64,000 bases of DNA, from assembly GCA_964646515.1 (NCBI GenBank), contig CAZYES010000001.1, positions 7,582-71,581 of the forward strand, given 5' to 3'. This DNA comes from an uncultured Candidatus Saccharibacteria bacterium (GTDB lineage: Bacteria; Patescibacteriota; Minisyncoccia; Phycocordibacterales; PALSA-1337). A program made the position numbers and the translations under genes. Positions 1 to 10,557 of this stretch are shown in pieces; within the stretch, counting starts at the first letter, position 1, and every line of letters starts with the position of its first letter. The notes beneath the pieces were generated by a model. It saw nothing but the letters and a program-made list of their open reading frames with translations, was not told where the DNA came from and ran no database searches.

Positions 1-292
1 ACGTGGCCGAGCACCATTCTTAACGAAAATGTTCGCCAACGGGCGAACAGTTACTTAACGGGAAGAGTATAACACAATTTATTTTATCTTGATATTGACA
101 GTCTCTTCTTTTAGATGTCTGCTGTTGAGCGGATTTATAAATTTATGGAACGTAGTTTTTTGATTGATATCGTAGGTTGATATCATTTTGCAGTACTTTG
201 TTGGTTTATATCGAGATTGTTGTGTGTGAAATAGGATCCACGTGGGTTCAGAGATACCTGGTAATTCCGAAATTTTCTTTTTTATATAACAT

Positions 293-324
293 ATTGAGTA
301 AGTTTAGTAATGATTTGCTATAAT
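293..324 (+). promoter_or_regulatory. candidate sigma70 promoter with extended -10 (TGcTATAAT) overlapping the annotated pilB start
   Basis: TGCTATAAT at 316-324 with weak -35 TTGAGT about 19 nt upstream. This suggests the true pilB start is the in-frame ATG at 334. Confidence 0.3.
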
Positions 325-2082
325 ATATGCAATATGTTTGTTGAAGATACCCAACTCTATAAATTTATTCTTGATTCTGGTCTTGTGGCCAAGTCCGATC
401 TCGACAATGCCAAGGAGGAGAGTGAGAAGCACAACAAACGTATAGGGGAAATTTTGGTCTCTCAGGGTAAGATTGACCCAGACAATTTACGGCGCATGCA
501 GGCTTATGTTTTAGGTATACCTTTTGTCGACTTGAAAAATTCAAAAATACCTTTTGAAACATTGTCACTCATTCCCGAACCAATCGCCAGGAGTCACAAT
601 ATTGTTGCCTTCAAAAAAAATGATGTGTCCCTAGAAGTAGCCATGTTAGATGTCAACGATCTGTCAGCTATTGATTTCATAAAAAAGAAAGTCAACCTGA
701 AGATTATGCCACGCATGACAGACACTGATTCGATGAAAGATGTGCTAGTTCAGTATCAAAAAAGCCTAAAAGCCGAATTTGGAGATATTATCCAAAAAGA
801 GACAGAGAGTTTGAAGATGATCTCTGAAGAAAAAGGCAAGCCAGTCTCAGAGAGTGATCTAAAGAAAATCGCAGAAGATCTACCTGTGGTACGCATCGTC
901 GACACCCTGATCAAGCACGCTATATTACAAAACGCTTCAGATATTCACATAGAACCCATGGAGGATCAAACTTTGGTCAGGTATCGTATCGATGGTTTGC
1001 TTCATGATGCCATGGTTCTTCCGAAACAAGCTGGGCCATCGGTAGTGGCGCGTATCAAAGTACTTTCCAATCTAAAGCTTGACGAAAAGCGATTGCCACA
1101 AGATGGAAGATTCAAAGTAGATATGAATAATGAGAAAGTCTCTTTTCGTGTTTCTATCTTGCCGACATATTATGGAGAAAAGACCGTGATGCGTCTTTTG
1201 AGGGAAGATATTACGGGATTTACTCTGGAATACCTAACTTTACATGGAGAAGGCTTGGAAAATATACACGAAGCACTTACGCGAACGACTGGCATGATTT
1301 TGACCACAGGTCCTACTGGCTCTGGAAAGACTACTACGCTTTACACTATGCTCGATATCTTGAATACACCAGATGTCAATATCTCTACTATTGAGGATCC
1401 TATAGAATATCAGGTAGCGCGCATCAATCAGACGCAAGTCAAACCAGAGATAGGTTTTTCCTTTGCCCAAGGGATACGCACTCTGGTTCGACAAGACCCT
1501 GATATTATTATGGTTGGTGAGATCCGCGATAATGAGACTGCTTCTTTGGCCGTGAACGCATCTCTTACTGGTCACCTTGTGCTTTCTACTTTGCACACAA
1601 ATTCTGCGGCTGGAGCTATTCCTCGACTAATAGACATGAAAGTTGAGCCGTTCTTATTGGTCTCTACACTTGATATATTGATTGGGCAAAGACTAGTTCG
1701 TCGTCTTACGGAATCAAAGAGAGAATATAAACTTTCCAAACCACAATTTGCCCAGTTGGAAAAAAAGGTCGATTTGGACCGCGTGTTACAATCACTAAAA
1801 GCAGAAAAAATAGTCAAACCAGATGATTCCTGGGACAAAATCTCGTTTTACAAAGATGTGCCTGGTCCAGAAAATGATGGGTTCAAGGGTCGTGTTGGTA
1901 TTCATGAAGTCATGAAGGTAACGCAACCAATAAAAGATCTCATTATGAAAAATGCAACGTCAGTAGATATCGAAAATCAAGCCAAGAAGGAGGGTATGCT
2001 TACTATGATCGAAGATGGCGTATTCAAGTGCGTACAGGGATTGACCACCATAGAAGAAGTTTTGAGGGTAGTATCAGAATAA
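310..2082 (+). CDS. pilB: type IV pilus assembly ATPase PilB (GspE family secretion ATPase)
   Basis: N-terminal T2SSE_N-like domain (KRIGEILVSQGKI...LGIPFVDL), Walker A GPTGSGKTTTLY, and the GspE/PilB core. An alternative start is the ATG at 334 (MFVEDTQ). Confidence 0.9.
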   Translation: MICYNICNMFVEDTQLYKFILDSGLVAKSDLDNAKEESEKHNKRIGEILVSQGKIDPDNLRRMQAYVLGIPFVDLKNSKIPFETLSLIPEPIARSHNIVAFKKNDVSLEVAMLDVNDLSAIDFIKKKVNLKIMPRMTDTDSMKDVLVQYQKSLKAEFGDIIQKETESLKMISEEKGKPVSESDLKKIAEDLPVVRIVDTLIKHAILQNASDIHIEPMEDQTLVRYRIDGLLHDAMVLPKQAGPSVVARIKVLSNLKLDEKRLPQDGRFKVDMNNEKVSFRVSILPTYYGEKTVMRLLREDITGFTLEYLTLHGEGLENIHEALTRTTGMILTTGPTGSGKTTTLYTMLDILNTPDVNISTIEDPIEYQVARINQTQVKPEIGFSFAQGIRTLVRQDPDIIMVGEIRDNETASLAVNASLTGHLVLSTLHTNSAAGAIPRLIDMKVEPFLLVSTLDILIGQRLVRRLTESKREYKLSKPQFAQLEKKVDLDRVLQSLKAEKIVKPDDSWDKISFYKDVPGPENDGFKGRVGIHEVMKVTQPIKDLIMKNATSVDIENQAKKEGMLTMIEDGVFKCVQGLTTIEEVLRVVSE

Positions 2083-2083
2083 T

Positions 2084-3304
2084 ATGTCACATTTTGTTTT
2101 CAAAGCAAAAAAACCTAGTGGCGAAATATATTCGGGCCAAAAGGACGTGGCTGATCGCTATGAACTTTATAAGATACTTCGTGGAAGCAATGAAGAACTT
2201 GTCTCTTTCAAGGAGAAGAAAGCTTCTCGAGGTATGAATATGAATATTTCATTTGGTAATATTTTTTCTCGTGTGAAAACAATAGAGAAGATAAATCTTG
2301 CCAGAAATCTAGGCTCTATGTTGGAAGCAGGACTAGATCTGTCTCGCGCTCTTTCTGTTTTGGAGCGCCAAACGAAAAATAGGGCCACGAGGGATGTTCT
2401 CACTGATCTTATTAGTGAGATAAGCAAGGGGGCAACATTTTCTGGATCACTGACCAAACATAGCAAAGTTTTTCCGCCTTTGTTTATATCGATGGTTCAT
2501 GCTGGTGAGCAATCTGGCACATTGTCTGATTCTCTGAAAGCAATTGCTGTTCAGATGGACAATACTTATTCTCTAGAGCGGCGTGTTCGTGGTGCTATGA
2601 CATATCCGGCAGTCATTGTCACTGCAATGGCAGTGATAGGTGTTCTCATGTTCATCTTTGTTGTGCCAACACTTCTCAAGACTTTTACTGATCTGAATGT
2701 TACTTTACCTTTTACGACGAAAGTGATCATTGCCGTCTCTGATATCATACAAAATTACGGTCTTTTGGTTTTGCTTGCCTTTGTCGTCTTGATCGGTGTT
2801 TTATATTGGTGGTCAAAGAAAGATATGGGGAAAAGATTTCTCCATATGATTGTTCTTAAAATTCCCGTTATAGGGACACTCATACAGGAAGTCAATACTG
2901 CGCGTACGGCTAGAACACTCTCGTCGCTTTTGGGGTCCGGCGTAGAGGTAGTCGAGGCGCTGGAGATAACGGCAAAGGTTGTCCAGAATGTCCACTTTCG
3001 CGCGGTACTAAATGAGGCTATTGCTACTATCAAAAAAGGCGATTTAATCTCGAAGACATTTTCTGAACATGAAAAATTGTACCCAGTATTTTTCTCCGAA
3101 ATGATAAACGTGGGTGAGGAGACTGGCAAAACAGGGGAAATGCTTCTCGGTGTAGCGAAATATTACGAAGAAGATGTTGGCCAAAAAACCAAAGATATGT
3201 CTGCTTTGATAGAGCCAGTCCTAATGATTGTAATCGGCGTGGCCGTAGGTTTCTTTGCTGTTTCCATGATCTCGCCTATATATTCGCTAGTGAATGTGAT
3301 CTAG
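2084..3304 (+). CDS. pilC: type IV pilus inner-membrane platform protein PilC (GspF family)
   Basis: Two GspF repeats separated by transmembrane segments, lying immediately downstream of pilB. Confidence 0.85.
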   Translation: MSHFVFKAKKPSGEIYSGQKDVADRYELYKILRGSNEELVSFKEKKASRGMNMNISFGNIFSRVKTIEKINLARNLGSMLEAGLDLSRALSVLERQTKNRATRDVLTDLISEISKGATFSGSLTKHSKVFPPLFISMVHAGEQSGTLSDSLKAIAVQMDNTYSLERRVRGAMTYPAVIVTAMAVIGVLMFIFVVPTLLKTFTDLNVTLPFTTKVIIAVSDIIQNYGLLVLLAFVVLIGVLYWWSKKDMGKRFLHMIVLKIPVIGTLIQEVNTARTARTLSSLLGSGVEVVEALEITAKVVQNVHFRAVLNEAIATIKKGDLISKTFSEHEKLYPVFFSEMINVGEETGKTGEMLLGVAKYYEEDVGQKTKDMSALIEPVLMIVIGVAVGFFAVSMISPIYSLVNVI

Positions 3305-3320
3305 ATTATTCTTTTTAGAC

Positions 3321-4625
3321 TCAAATCTCAATCCAATCTAGGATATCATATCCTCCTCCTGGCCCAGCAGAAAAAAGTGTGCTCGGAAGACCCGTGTCAT
3401 AAGTTACATTGGCGGTATTTTGCAGAACAATTTTGTAGGCGGTAACTTCTTTGGCGCTTACTCTTTGACCGAGGGTGATCTGTCCATGGTTGGCATAAGC
3501 AACTAGTGCCCCAGCGGATTGGCCCATGGCAACTGCGTTTGTGGATCCACCATTCTCAGCACTTCCATTTTGAGAAATGCAGAAGACAAATGAGTTTGGC
3601 GCGCCCGAACCCTGGAATTGAGTATTTTGTCCCACGGAAATAATACCACTAGTCGTGGAAGCCGATGGATTGTCGGCGATCAAAGCCACGTTTTGGCTCC
3701 CTAGGCTCGGATTTATCTTAATTATTGGGCCAGTTTGTGTATATATATTACCAACGACCCAAACTGGACCAGACATGGTCATCGTGACGCCGTTTCCTTT
3801 GATATAAAGATCGCAAGGTATTTTCGCTGGCCCGATGTCTTCATCCGATTCAATGGTATATTTGCCGCTAGTACATACGATTATATCGCCATTACTTGCT
3901 TGATCTTCCCACTCGGCTATTTGCGTGTCAGAAATTGGCATAGAGGCTTCAGGCAGATCAGCGCTATTTGGGAAGCAGTTTACGTTAGGGCATGGAGAGC
4001 CACCAACATCTGTGTTGCTAATAGTTTTATAAAAGGCCTTTTTTTCGATTGTAGAGTTTCTGATTGTGTGAGCATAGGCTGTGCCAGTAGCGTGAATTCC
4101 ATCTATCGATCCTGTTGCTTCTGCGGATATGGCGTCCCCATATATATAATTGCCCGCCCCGGTTATGGTGCCGTTGGAGAAAACATTTCCCGTAACACTG
4201 GATCGGTTTTGCATGACAAATCCACCTCGTCCCGACTGAATGCCATAATGGAAAGCTATCCCTGTTCCAAGAGAAAGATCAATTTGAAGTTTTCTTTGGT
4301 ACCCATTCACTTGTGCGTTGGTAGAAATTTTTTTGCCATTTTGCGTATTTTCAATGGTGACATTTGTTATGTTGGAATTGAGGCTGATGTTTAATGATGG
4401 CCCGATATTTTTGCCAGTCTTCAAACGGTATAGTGCTTCCTCAATGGCGCTATTGGCAGAGATGTATGATTGCTTTGAACTGATGGACCCTTTTGTTGAG
4501 GCAAAGTGGGCGAGTACGATATTAACCACGCCGATGATTATCACTATCACAATGGAAATAAATAAAAGAGTATTCAGGATGATTATATAGCCACCTTGCT
4601 TCTTGTTGTTGAGTCTATTTGTCAT
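3321..4625 (-). CDS. PilX-like minor pilin / pilus-associated protein with N-terminal hydrophobic anchor
   Basis: The N-terminus KKQGGYIIILNTLLFISIVIVIIIG resembles the PilX_N signal-anchor. The rest is a long Gly/Thr/Asn-rich ectodomain, last in the minus-strand pilin operon. Confidence 0.55.
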   Translation of the reverse strand: MTNRLNNKKQGGYIIILNTLLFISIVIVIIIGVVNIVLAHFASTKGSISSKQSYISANSAIEEALYRLKTGKNIGPSLNISLNSNITNVTIENTQNGKKISTNAQVNGYQRKLQIDLSLGTGIAFHYGIQSGRGGFVMQNRSSVTGNVFSNGTITGAGNYIYGDAISAEATGSIDGIHATGTAYAHTIRNSTIEKKAFYKTISNTDVGGSPCPNVNCFPNSADLPEASMPISDTQIAEWEDQASNGDIIVCTSGKYTIESDEDIGPAKIPCDLYIKGNGVTMTMSGPVWVVGNIYTQTGPIIKINPSLGSQNVALIADNPSASTTSGIISVGQNTQFQGSGAPNSFVFCISQNGSAENGGSTNAVAMGQSAGALVAYANHGQITLGQRVSAKEVTAYKIVLQNTANVTYDTGLPSTLFSAGPGGGYDILDWIEI

Positions 4626-4627
4626 GG

Positions 4628-5212
4628 TTATTGGTATGAATTCCTAAGTGTTGTGAAGCCACTGAATGTGCTTGTGGCAGGACCACTTTTCGTCAGATAT
4701 GGAATGTCTATGATGAAGTGTACGGCAGATGAGACGGGTGAAACTAAATAGTCGAAATAAAGGTCGGCTATTTTTACGTCGGTTGGAGAAATGTATTGAA
4801 TTTCGCCGGTATTGTCCATGTAGGCGACTCGGTTATTTGAGATAAAATAGCGTCTATCTATGGTTGTTGTCGTACTAGTTAACATATTTATGGATAGGGC
4901 GCCATTATTTGATCCAAGAATGCTTTGACCAGTGTTTATTATTTTGCCAGATCGGATGGCGCTCTCTATTTGTCCCATGATTACGGTTCCAACTTGGTTT
5001 ACGCGAGATGGAATAGCTACTGCTCTGTACCAACTGATGGTGTAATACAGGAATCCGGCAATTGCTCCGATGAGAAGGACTACTATTATTACGTAGATCA
5101 AAGTTTCCACCAATGTAAAACCTTTATTTTTTTCGGAAATTCCTTTTGCAGTAGTAAGTTTCCGATGGGTGAGTATTTTTGTAAACATTTTGTGTATGTT
5201 CTGAAAGTGCAT
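4628..5212 (-). CDS. type IV pilin / pseudopilin (prepilin-type N-terminal cleavage/methylation domain)
   Basis: Class III signal KGFTLVETLIYVIIVVLLIGAIAG. The leader is long, so the start may be the internal Met nearer 5188. Confidence 0.75.
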   Translation of the reverse strand: MHFQNIHKMFTKILTHRKLTTAKGISEKNKGFTLVETLIYVIIVVLLIGAIAGFLYYTISWYRAVAIPSRVNQVGTVIMGQIESAIRSGKIINTGQSILGSNNGALSINMLTSTTTTIDRRYFISNNRVAYMDNTGEIQYISPTDVKIADLYFDYLVSPVSSAVHFIIDIPYLTKSGPATSTFSGFTTLRNSYQ

Positions 5213-5213
5213 G

Positions 5214-5699
5214 TTAATTTTGGAAGATATTGTGAAGTAGCATATTAGAGACTAGTAGCTCTTTGGGGGGACTTCCAGTAGAAGATATAGTGATGGTTAC
5301 GCTTCTTGTATCAGGATCAACAGTTCCTCCAGACGAGACTATGTCTTTTGATAAGTCGTCTCTTTGGACGGTGTTCATGACAAAAGAGACAGTAAATGCG
5401 TTGTTTACAGTAATTGGCGATAGAGAAACTGAATAAGAGACATCACTCCAATACAGATAGTAAGTTGTGCCGATATTCAAGGTGTCTATTTTCTCATCCC
5501 AACTCATATCTCGATAAAATCTCAAAGCTTCGGCGGCTTCTTCTGTCAGCAAGGCAGCCTGTGTGCGCTCGTTACTCTCTCTGGATATTCTGAGATACAG
5601 CTGAAAAGCTCCAGCTCCAGCGGTGACAACCGATATGATAATTGCCGCGGCGACTATCGTTTCTACGAGGCTGAAACCTTTTTTTGTGTTTTTTGTCAT
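5214..5699 (-). CDS. type IV pilin / pseudopilin
   Basis: N-terminal KKGFSLVETIVAAAIIISVV prepilin motif. Confidence 0.8.
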   Translation of the reverse strand: MTKNTKKGFSLVETIVAAAIIISVVTAGAGAFQLYLRISRESNERTQAALLTEEAAEALRFYRDMSWDEKIDTLNIGTTYYLYWSDVSYSVSLSPITVNNAFTVSFVMNTVQRDDLSKDIVSSGGTVDPDTRSVTITISSTGSPPKELLVSNMLLHNIFQN

Positions 5700-6163
5700 T
5701 TTATGATGTTAATATCTCCTTGGCTGCCTATAAAAATATTTTTTACACGAGAAGGATCTGTAATATATTGTATAGTTATTGTGGCCATAGTCTGTGGTAT
5801 ACCAGAAAGTCTAGCGAAAACTACACTACCTAGACTGTTGGGAGTAGTGGCGATCATATAACCATTTGTGACAGCGTAATTTTCGTTGGTTGTTGCTGAG
5901 GGATTGAATGAATTGCCCACGAAGTATGTGTAAGTAGTACTACCAAAATCTATTCCTGCCCCTGTTCCATTTTTTCCGAATGTGGCATTGATTTTTGCTT
6001 GTTCTAACTTGGAAACAATCGCGTCTGTAAGCGTGTTTATCTCACTCGATCGTTTTGCATTTATAAAAGCTTGGGTACTAATGCCGAAAAGCACGACCAT
6101 TATAATCATAACGACCAAAATTTCTATGAGAGTAAATCCTCTGTTATTGATTTGATCCCGCAT
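5696..6163 (-). CDS. type IV pilin (likely major pilin)
   Basis: N-terminal NRGFTLIEILVVMIIMVVLFGI prepilin motif. It is the first gene of the minus-strand operon, with a 4-bp overlap onto the next pilin. Confidence 0.8.
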   Translation of the reverse strand: MRDQINNRGFTLIEILVVMIIMVVLFGISTQAFINAKRSSEINTLTDAIVSKLEQAKINATFGKNGTGAGIDFGSTTYTYFVGNSFNPSATTNENYAVTNGYMIATTPNSLGSVVFARLSGIPQTMATITIQYITDPSRVKNIFIGSQGDINIIK

Positions 6164-6198
6164 GCGTAGTTATTATATCATGATACAATACTGTTTAT

Positions 6199-6984
6199 AT
6201 GACTAATAAAAAATTGATTGTTGGCAATTGGAAAATGAACCCGGCAACACTGGATGAGGCCAAGAGAATCGCCAGAAAGACTAAGAGGGTTGCTACACAA
6301 CTCAAGTATACAGAAGCAATAATCTGTCCGCCGTTTGCTTTCATTTCTGCTTGTGCCTCGAGAAAAAAAATATCGGGTTTTGGTCTTGGCGCACAGAATG
6401 TCTCATATGAAGAAGACGGTGCTCATACTGGAGAAGTTGGCGCGGTAATGTTGAAAAATATTGGTGTTCAGTACGTGATTGTTGGGCATTCCGAAGAAAG
6501 AGCGCGGGGAGACTCCGATTCAATTGTCGCGAAAAAAATCAAGACACTTCTCGATTTTGGTCTTACGCCGATAGTTTGTGTTGGCGAGACTGTGCGCAAC
6601 GAAGATGGTTCGCATTTTGAATTTATAAAAGTACAAATAAAAAATAGTTTTGTGGATGTGCCAAAAAAATACGCTGATAAGATTATTCTAGCTTATGAAC
6701 CAGTTTGGGCGATTGGCGCCAAGGAGCCGATGTCACCGGAGAATATATATGAGATGTCGCTATTTGTGAAAAAGACTTTTGCTGATGTTTTTGGACAAAA
6801 GCCAGCGATGAAGATGACTATTTTATATGGGGGCTCAGTAAATTGCAGAAATGCGGTAGATATTATTTCTATCGGCAAGATTGATGGATTGTTGGTTGGA
6901 CGTGAAAGTGTGAATATTGTTGGTTTTGTTGAACTCTTGAAGGCGGTTGATGGTATTTATTCCGGTAGGCCATCTGATTGCTGA
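6199..6984 (+). CDS. tpiA: triosephosphate isomerase
   Basis: LIVGNWKMN and AYEPVWAIG signature motifs. Confidence 0.9.
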   Translation: MTNKKLIVGNWKMNPATLDEAKRIARKTKRVATQLKYTEAIICPPFAFISACASRKKISGFGLGAQNVSYEEDGAHTGEVGAVMLKNIGVQYVIVGHSEERARGDSDSIVAKKIKTLLDFGLTPIVCVGETVRNEDGSHFEFIKVQIKNSFVDVPKKYADKIILAYEPVWAIGAKEPMSPENIYEMSLFVKKTFADVFGQKPAMKMTILYGGSVNCRNAVDIISIGKIDGLLVGRESVNIVGFVELLKAVDGIYSGRPSDC

Positions 6985-8204
6985 TGATATATGTCGTTAG
7001 TCTTTTTGCTATAATTGTCCAATATATGAGAACGCTTCGAGATATAGAATTTTTGGAAAACGTAAAAGTATTATTACGTGCTGATTTCAATGTTCCTATA
7101 GAGAATGGCGCGATTGTTGACGATTTTAGGATTCGTGCCACTTTGCCTACGATAGATTATCTGACAAAAAAAGGCGCAAAAGTTATTCTTGTCAGTCATC
7201 TAGAATCGGCAGATGGTAAAAATCTATCGCTTGCGCCGATTGCTGATCATATAAATAGACTTGGGGTCAAGACAAGTTTTATAAAAGATATAAAGAAATC
7301 TTACGAAGTTATTGAAACTTGTGATCCGAAATCTAAAAACGGAGGCAGTTGTTTTTTGTTGGAGAATCTTCGCCTTTTTGAAGGCGAGAAGGCGAATGAT
7401 AGAAAATTTGCAAAAGAATTGGCTTCATTGGCAGACATTTTCGTAAACGACGCCTTTTCTGTTTGTCATCGTAAGCATGCTTCAATAATCGGCGTGACGG
7501 AGTTTTTACCGAGCTACGCAGGATTACAATTGGAAGAAGAGATCAGTCATCTTTCGATGGCTTTCAACCCCACTCGTCCATTTCTTTTTGTTTTGGGAGG
7601 AGCAAAATTCGAAACCAAGTTGCCATTATTGCAAAAATTTATTGATAAAGTCGATACGGTTTTTGTTGGTGGGGCGTTGGTTAATGATTTGTTAAAGTCA
7701 AAGGGTTATGAAGTGGGCAAGTCGATAACTTCAAAAACAGAAGTTGATCTTACTGATATTATAAATAGTCCAAATCTTTTGTTGCCAGTGGATATTGTTA
7801 ATCAAGATAAGGTCTGCAAGGCCGTTGGCAGGCTCTCGTCTGAAGATATTAACATGGATATTGGTCCAGAGACTTTGGCTTTACTTGTTGAGAAGATCAA
7901 ATCGGCCAGATTTATTCTTTGGAATGGCCCACTTGGTAAGTATGAAAGTGGTTTCAAAGAAGCAACGCTTCAATTTGCCAAGGCCTTAGGTGATATAACG
8001 GAAAAAAGTAAAAGTTATAATGACCAAGAAAAGGCTGTATCTATTGTTGGTGGCGGGGATACTTTGGCGACAATTTCTCTGTTGGGGATTGAGAGAGAAT
8101 TTACTTTTGTGTCTACAGGCGGTGGCGCTATGCTAGACTTTTTGGCCGAGGGAACGTTACCTGGTATTTTGGCACTGGAAAATTCACCTAAGCTTGTTCA
8201 TTAA
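6978..8204 (+). CDS. pgk: phosphoglycerate kinase
   Basis: VLLRADFNVP motif and GGGA hinge. The likely true start is the ATG at 7026 (MRTLRD). Confidence 0.9.
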   Translation: MLMIYVVSLFAIIVQYMRTLRDIEFLENVKVLLRADFNVPIENGAIVDDFRIRATLPTIDYLTKKGAKVILVSHLESADGKNLSLAPIADHINRLGVKTSFIKDIKKSYEVIETCDPKSKNGGSCFLLENLRLFEGEKANDRKFAKELASLADIFVNDAFSVCHRKHASIIGVTEFLPSYAGLQLEEEISHLSMAFNPTRPFLFVLGGAKFETKLPLLQKFIDKVDTVFVGGALVNDLLKSKGYEVGKSITSKTEVDLTDIINSPNLLLPVDIVNQDKVCKAVGRLSSEDINMDIGPETLALLVEKIKSARFILWNGPLGKYESGFKEATLQFAKALGDITEKSKSYNDQEKAVSIVGGGDTLATISLLGIEREFTFVSTGGGAMLDFLAEGTLPGILALENSPKLVH

Positions 8205-8261
8205 TGGATGTTGCGTGTGAAGAGCCTGGCGGTTTCGTGTTTGTAACTAGTAAAGACCTGT

Positions 8262-8648
8262 TTATTTTTCCAGTGAAGCAATTAGTTTTTTCTTGTTTGT
8301 CTCAAAATCTTTCTTATCTCCCTTTGTGTCTGATGCCGGGAATACCCAAATATGCGCATGGGGGACTTCTTCGCCCACGATTTTGCTCAAGATCACTTCT
8401 TGATTGAAAGCTTTTTTCTGTGCCAAAGCGATTTTGCTAACAATTTCGAAATATTGACCGATATTTGGGGATATTTTTTTGTCGGTTGTTATATCCCACA
8501 CCCAACGGTAGTGTTTTTTGGGAATTACCAATGAATGGCCGGGAGATTGTGGCCGTATGTCCAGAAATACTAGGAAGTCGTTGTCCTCGTACACTATATG
8601 AGCGGGAATTTCTTTTTTTACAATTTTGCAGAAGATACAATCATTCAT
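8262..8648 (-). CDS. HIT-family (histidine triad) nucleotide hydrolase
   Basis: CIFCKI N-terminus and the HAHIWVF histidine-triad motif. Confidence 0.8.
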   Translation of the reverse strand: MNDCIFCKIVKKEIPAHIVYEDNDFLVFLDIRPQSPGHSLVIPKKHYRWVWDITTDKKISPNIGQYFEIVSKIALAQKKAFNQEVILSKIVGEEVPHAHIWVFPASDTKGDKKDFETNKKKLIASLEK

Positions 8649-8679
8649 ATAAATATCATATCATAGGCCAAGTCGTTTA

Positions 8680-10533
8680 GTGAGGTCGCGCACATGCTAT
8701 ACTCCATTTATGTTTTATAATACTCGTCGTCAAATCACCGCAGAAGAACGTGTCAAAGTTGGCGTGACATCCGATCTGATTGCGCACCTGCTGTTTCATC
8801 GTGGCCTAGCCGATTTGGCTTTGGCCAAGGATTTTCTGGAACCAAACTATGAAAAAGGCACCCATGACCCGTTTCTCTTGAAAGATGCAGAAAAGTGTGC
8901 GAGGAGACTTATTCAGGCTATAAAAAATAATGAAAGAACGGCAATATATGCCGACTATGACGCCGACGGCATACCAGGCGCCGTAATTTTCAATGATTTT
9001 TTCAAGAGAATTGGTTTCTCTAACTATCTGATTTATATTCCCCACCGTCACGAGGAAGGTTTTGGCTTGAATATGGGGGCGGTCAGGGATTTGGCTAGTC
9101 AAGGTGTAAAACTTTTGGTTACGGTTGATTGTGGAATCACCGATGTCACACAGATTTCGGTTGCCAACGATCTGGGTATGGATGTGATAGTAACGGATCA
9201 TCACGAACCGCCACAGTTGCCGTCTGGCCAATCTCATCCAGCTTTTGCCATTGTCGATCATAAACAGATTGGTTGCGAATATCCTGATAAAAATCTTTGT
9301 GGATCCGGTATAGTCTACAAAATCATTCAAGGGATATTGAAAATTGATCGTTTTGGCCTCAAAGAGGGTATGGAAAAGTGGTTTTTGGACTTAGTCGGCA
9401 TTGCCACGTTGTCCGATATGGTCCCTTTGGTCGGTGAGAATAGAGTCTTTGCTTATTATGGCTTGTCAGTTTTGAGGAAAAGTCCGAGGAAAGGTTTGAT
9501 GCAGTTATTTCGTAAGCTGAAAATTGATCAGAGACACCTTTCTGAAGACGATATAACTTTTATGGTTACGCCCAGGATCAATGCTGCTTCCAGAATGGGC
9601 GTGTCGAGGGACGCTTTCAATCTCCTTGCTACCGATAACGATGATGATGCTTATAAATATGTTGAACATCTCGATAAGATCAATAATGAAAGAAAAGGGG
9701 TTGTGTCTTCCTTGGTCAAGGAAGTAAAAAAAATAGTGCGTGAGAGACACCCTGGTGTCGTCGGCTCCGCAGAGAAATCTTCTACTGCAAATTCGGAGTC
9801 GTCTCTACCAAACGTGATCGTACTCGGTAATCCAGATTGGCGACCGTCCTTGCTTGGACTAGTCGCCAACTCTTGCGCGGAAGAATTCGATCGGCCTGTT
9901 TTTCTTTGGGGAAGAGATGGTGACAATATTATCAAGGGCTCATGTAGATCCGAAGGCAAGACCGATGTCGTCAGATTGATGCGTGCTGCGCCGGTGGAGT
10001 CGTTCAGTCAATTTGGAGGTCACCACTATTCTGGTGGTTTTGCGGTAAGTAATGAAGAGATACATTATTTAGAGGAGAGGCTGAATGATGCTCACAATAA
10101 AATATTTAATTCGAGTTCTGTAGTCGAGAACGATAAAGGGGTTACTGAAGTAACTAGTAATAGTAAAAGCATAATTGATATGGAGCTTTCAATCGATGAG
10201 GTCGATTTTGGTTTGTGTGCTGATATCAACAAGTTGGCGCCTTTTGGGGTGGGGAATTCCAAGCCCATTTTTCTCTTTAGAAAAATTATACCTGTCGGGA
10301 TAAAGATGTTTGGCAAAAGTAAAGATCATCTCGAATTGATATTCAAAAAGAAGGATAATTCTAGAATATCGGCGATTTCATTTTTTGGTGCAAATAATAA
10401 GTGGGCTAAAAAAGTGAAAACCAATGGTGAAATTGATCTTATTGCTTCGATAGAAAAATCGGTGTATCGTGGCAGGGAAGAACTTCGATTGAGAATTGTA
10501 GATGTGTTCTTGGGTCCGATTGGTTTAGATTAG
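8680..10533 (+). CDS. recJ: single-stranded-DNA-specific exonuclease RecJ
   Basis: DHH phosphoesterase motifs (VTVDCGITD, VIVTDHHEP) and a DHHA1-like C-terminal domain. Confidence 0.85.
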   Translation: MRSRTCYTPFMFYNTRRQITAEERVKVGVTSDLIAHLLFHRGLADLALAKDFLEPNYEKGTHDPFLLKDAEKCARRLIQAIKNNERTAIYADYDADGIPGAVIFNDFFKRIGFSNYLIYIPHRHEEGFGLNMGAVRDLASQGVKLLVTVDCGITDVTQISVANDLGMDVIVTDHHEPPQLPSGQSHPAFAIVDHKQIGCEYPDKNLCGSGIVYKIIQGILKIDRFGLKEGMEKWFLDLVGIATLSDMVPLVGENRVFAYYGLSVLRKSPRKGLMQLFRKLKIDQRHLSEDDITFMVTPRINAASRMGVSRDAFNLLATDNDDDAYKYVEHLDKINNERKGVVSSLVKEVKKIVRERHPGVVGSAEKSSTANSESSLPNVIVLGNPDWRPSLLGLVANSCAEEFDRPVFLWGRDGDNIIKGSCRSEGKTDVVRLMRAAPVESFSQFGGHHYSGGFAVSNEEIHYLEERLNDAHNKIFNSSSVVENDKGVTEVTSNSKSIIDMELSIDEVDFGLCADINKLAPFGVGNSKPIFLFRKIIPVGIKMFGKSKDHLELIFKKKDNSRISAISFFGANNKWAKKVKTNGEIDLIASIEKSVYRGREELRLRIVDVFLGPIGLD

Positions 10534-10557
10534 GTCTCAAAATGCTAGTATGTTTTT

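Noticed and set aside
405-425. Strong Shine-Dalgarno-like AAGGAGGAG inside pilB
   Set aside because: The downstream GTG is out of frame, and the sequence simply encodes KEE in the PilB N-terminal domain.
2755-4590. Multiple ORFs inside or antisense to pilC and the PilX-like gene (2755-3129 -, 3735-4394 +, 4318-4590 +)
   Set aside because: They are alternative-frame or antisense ORFs within confidently assigned genes, with no independent support.
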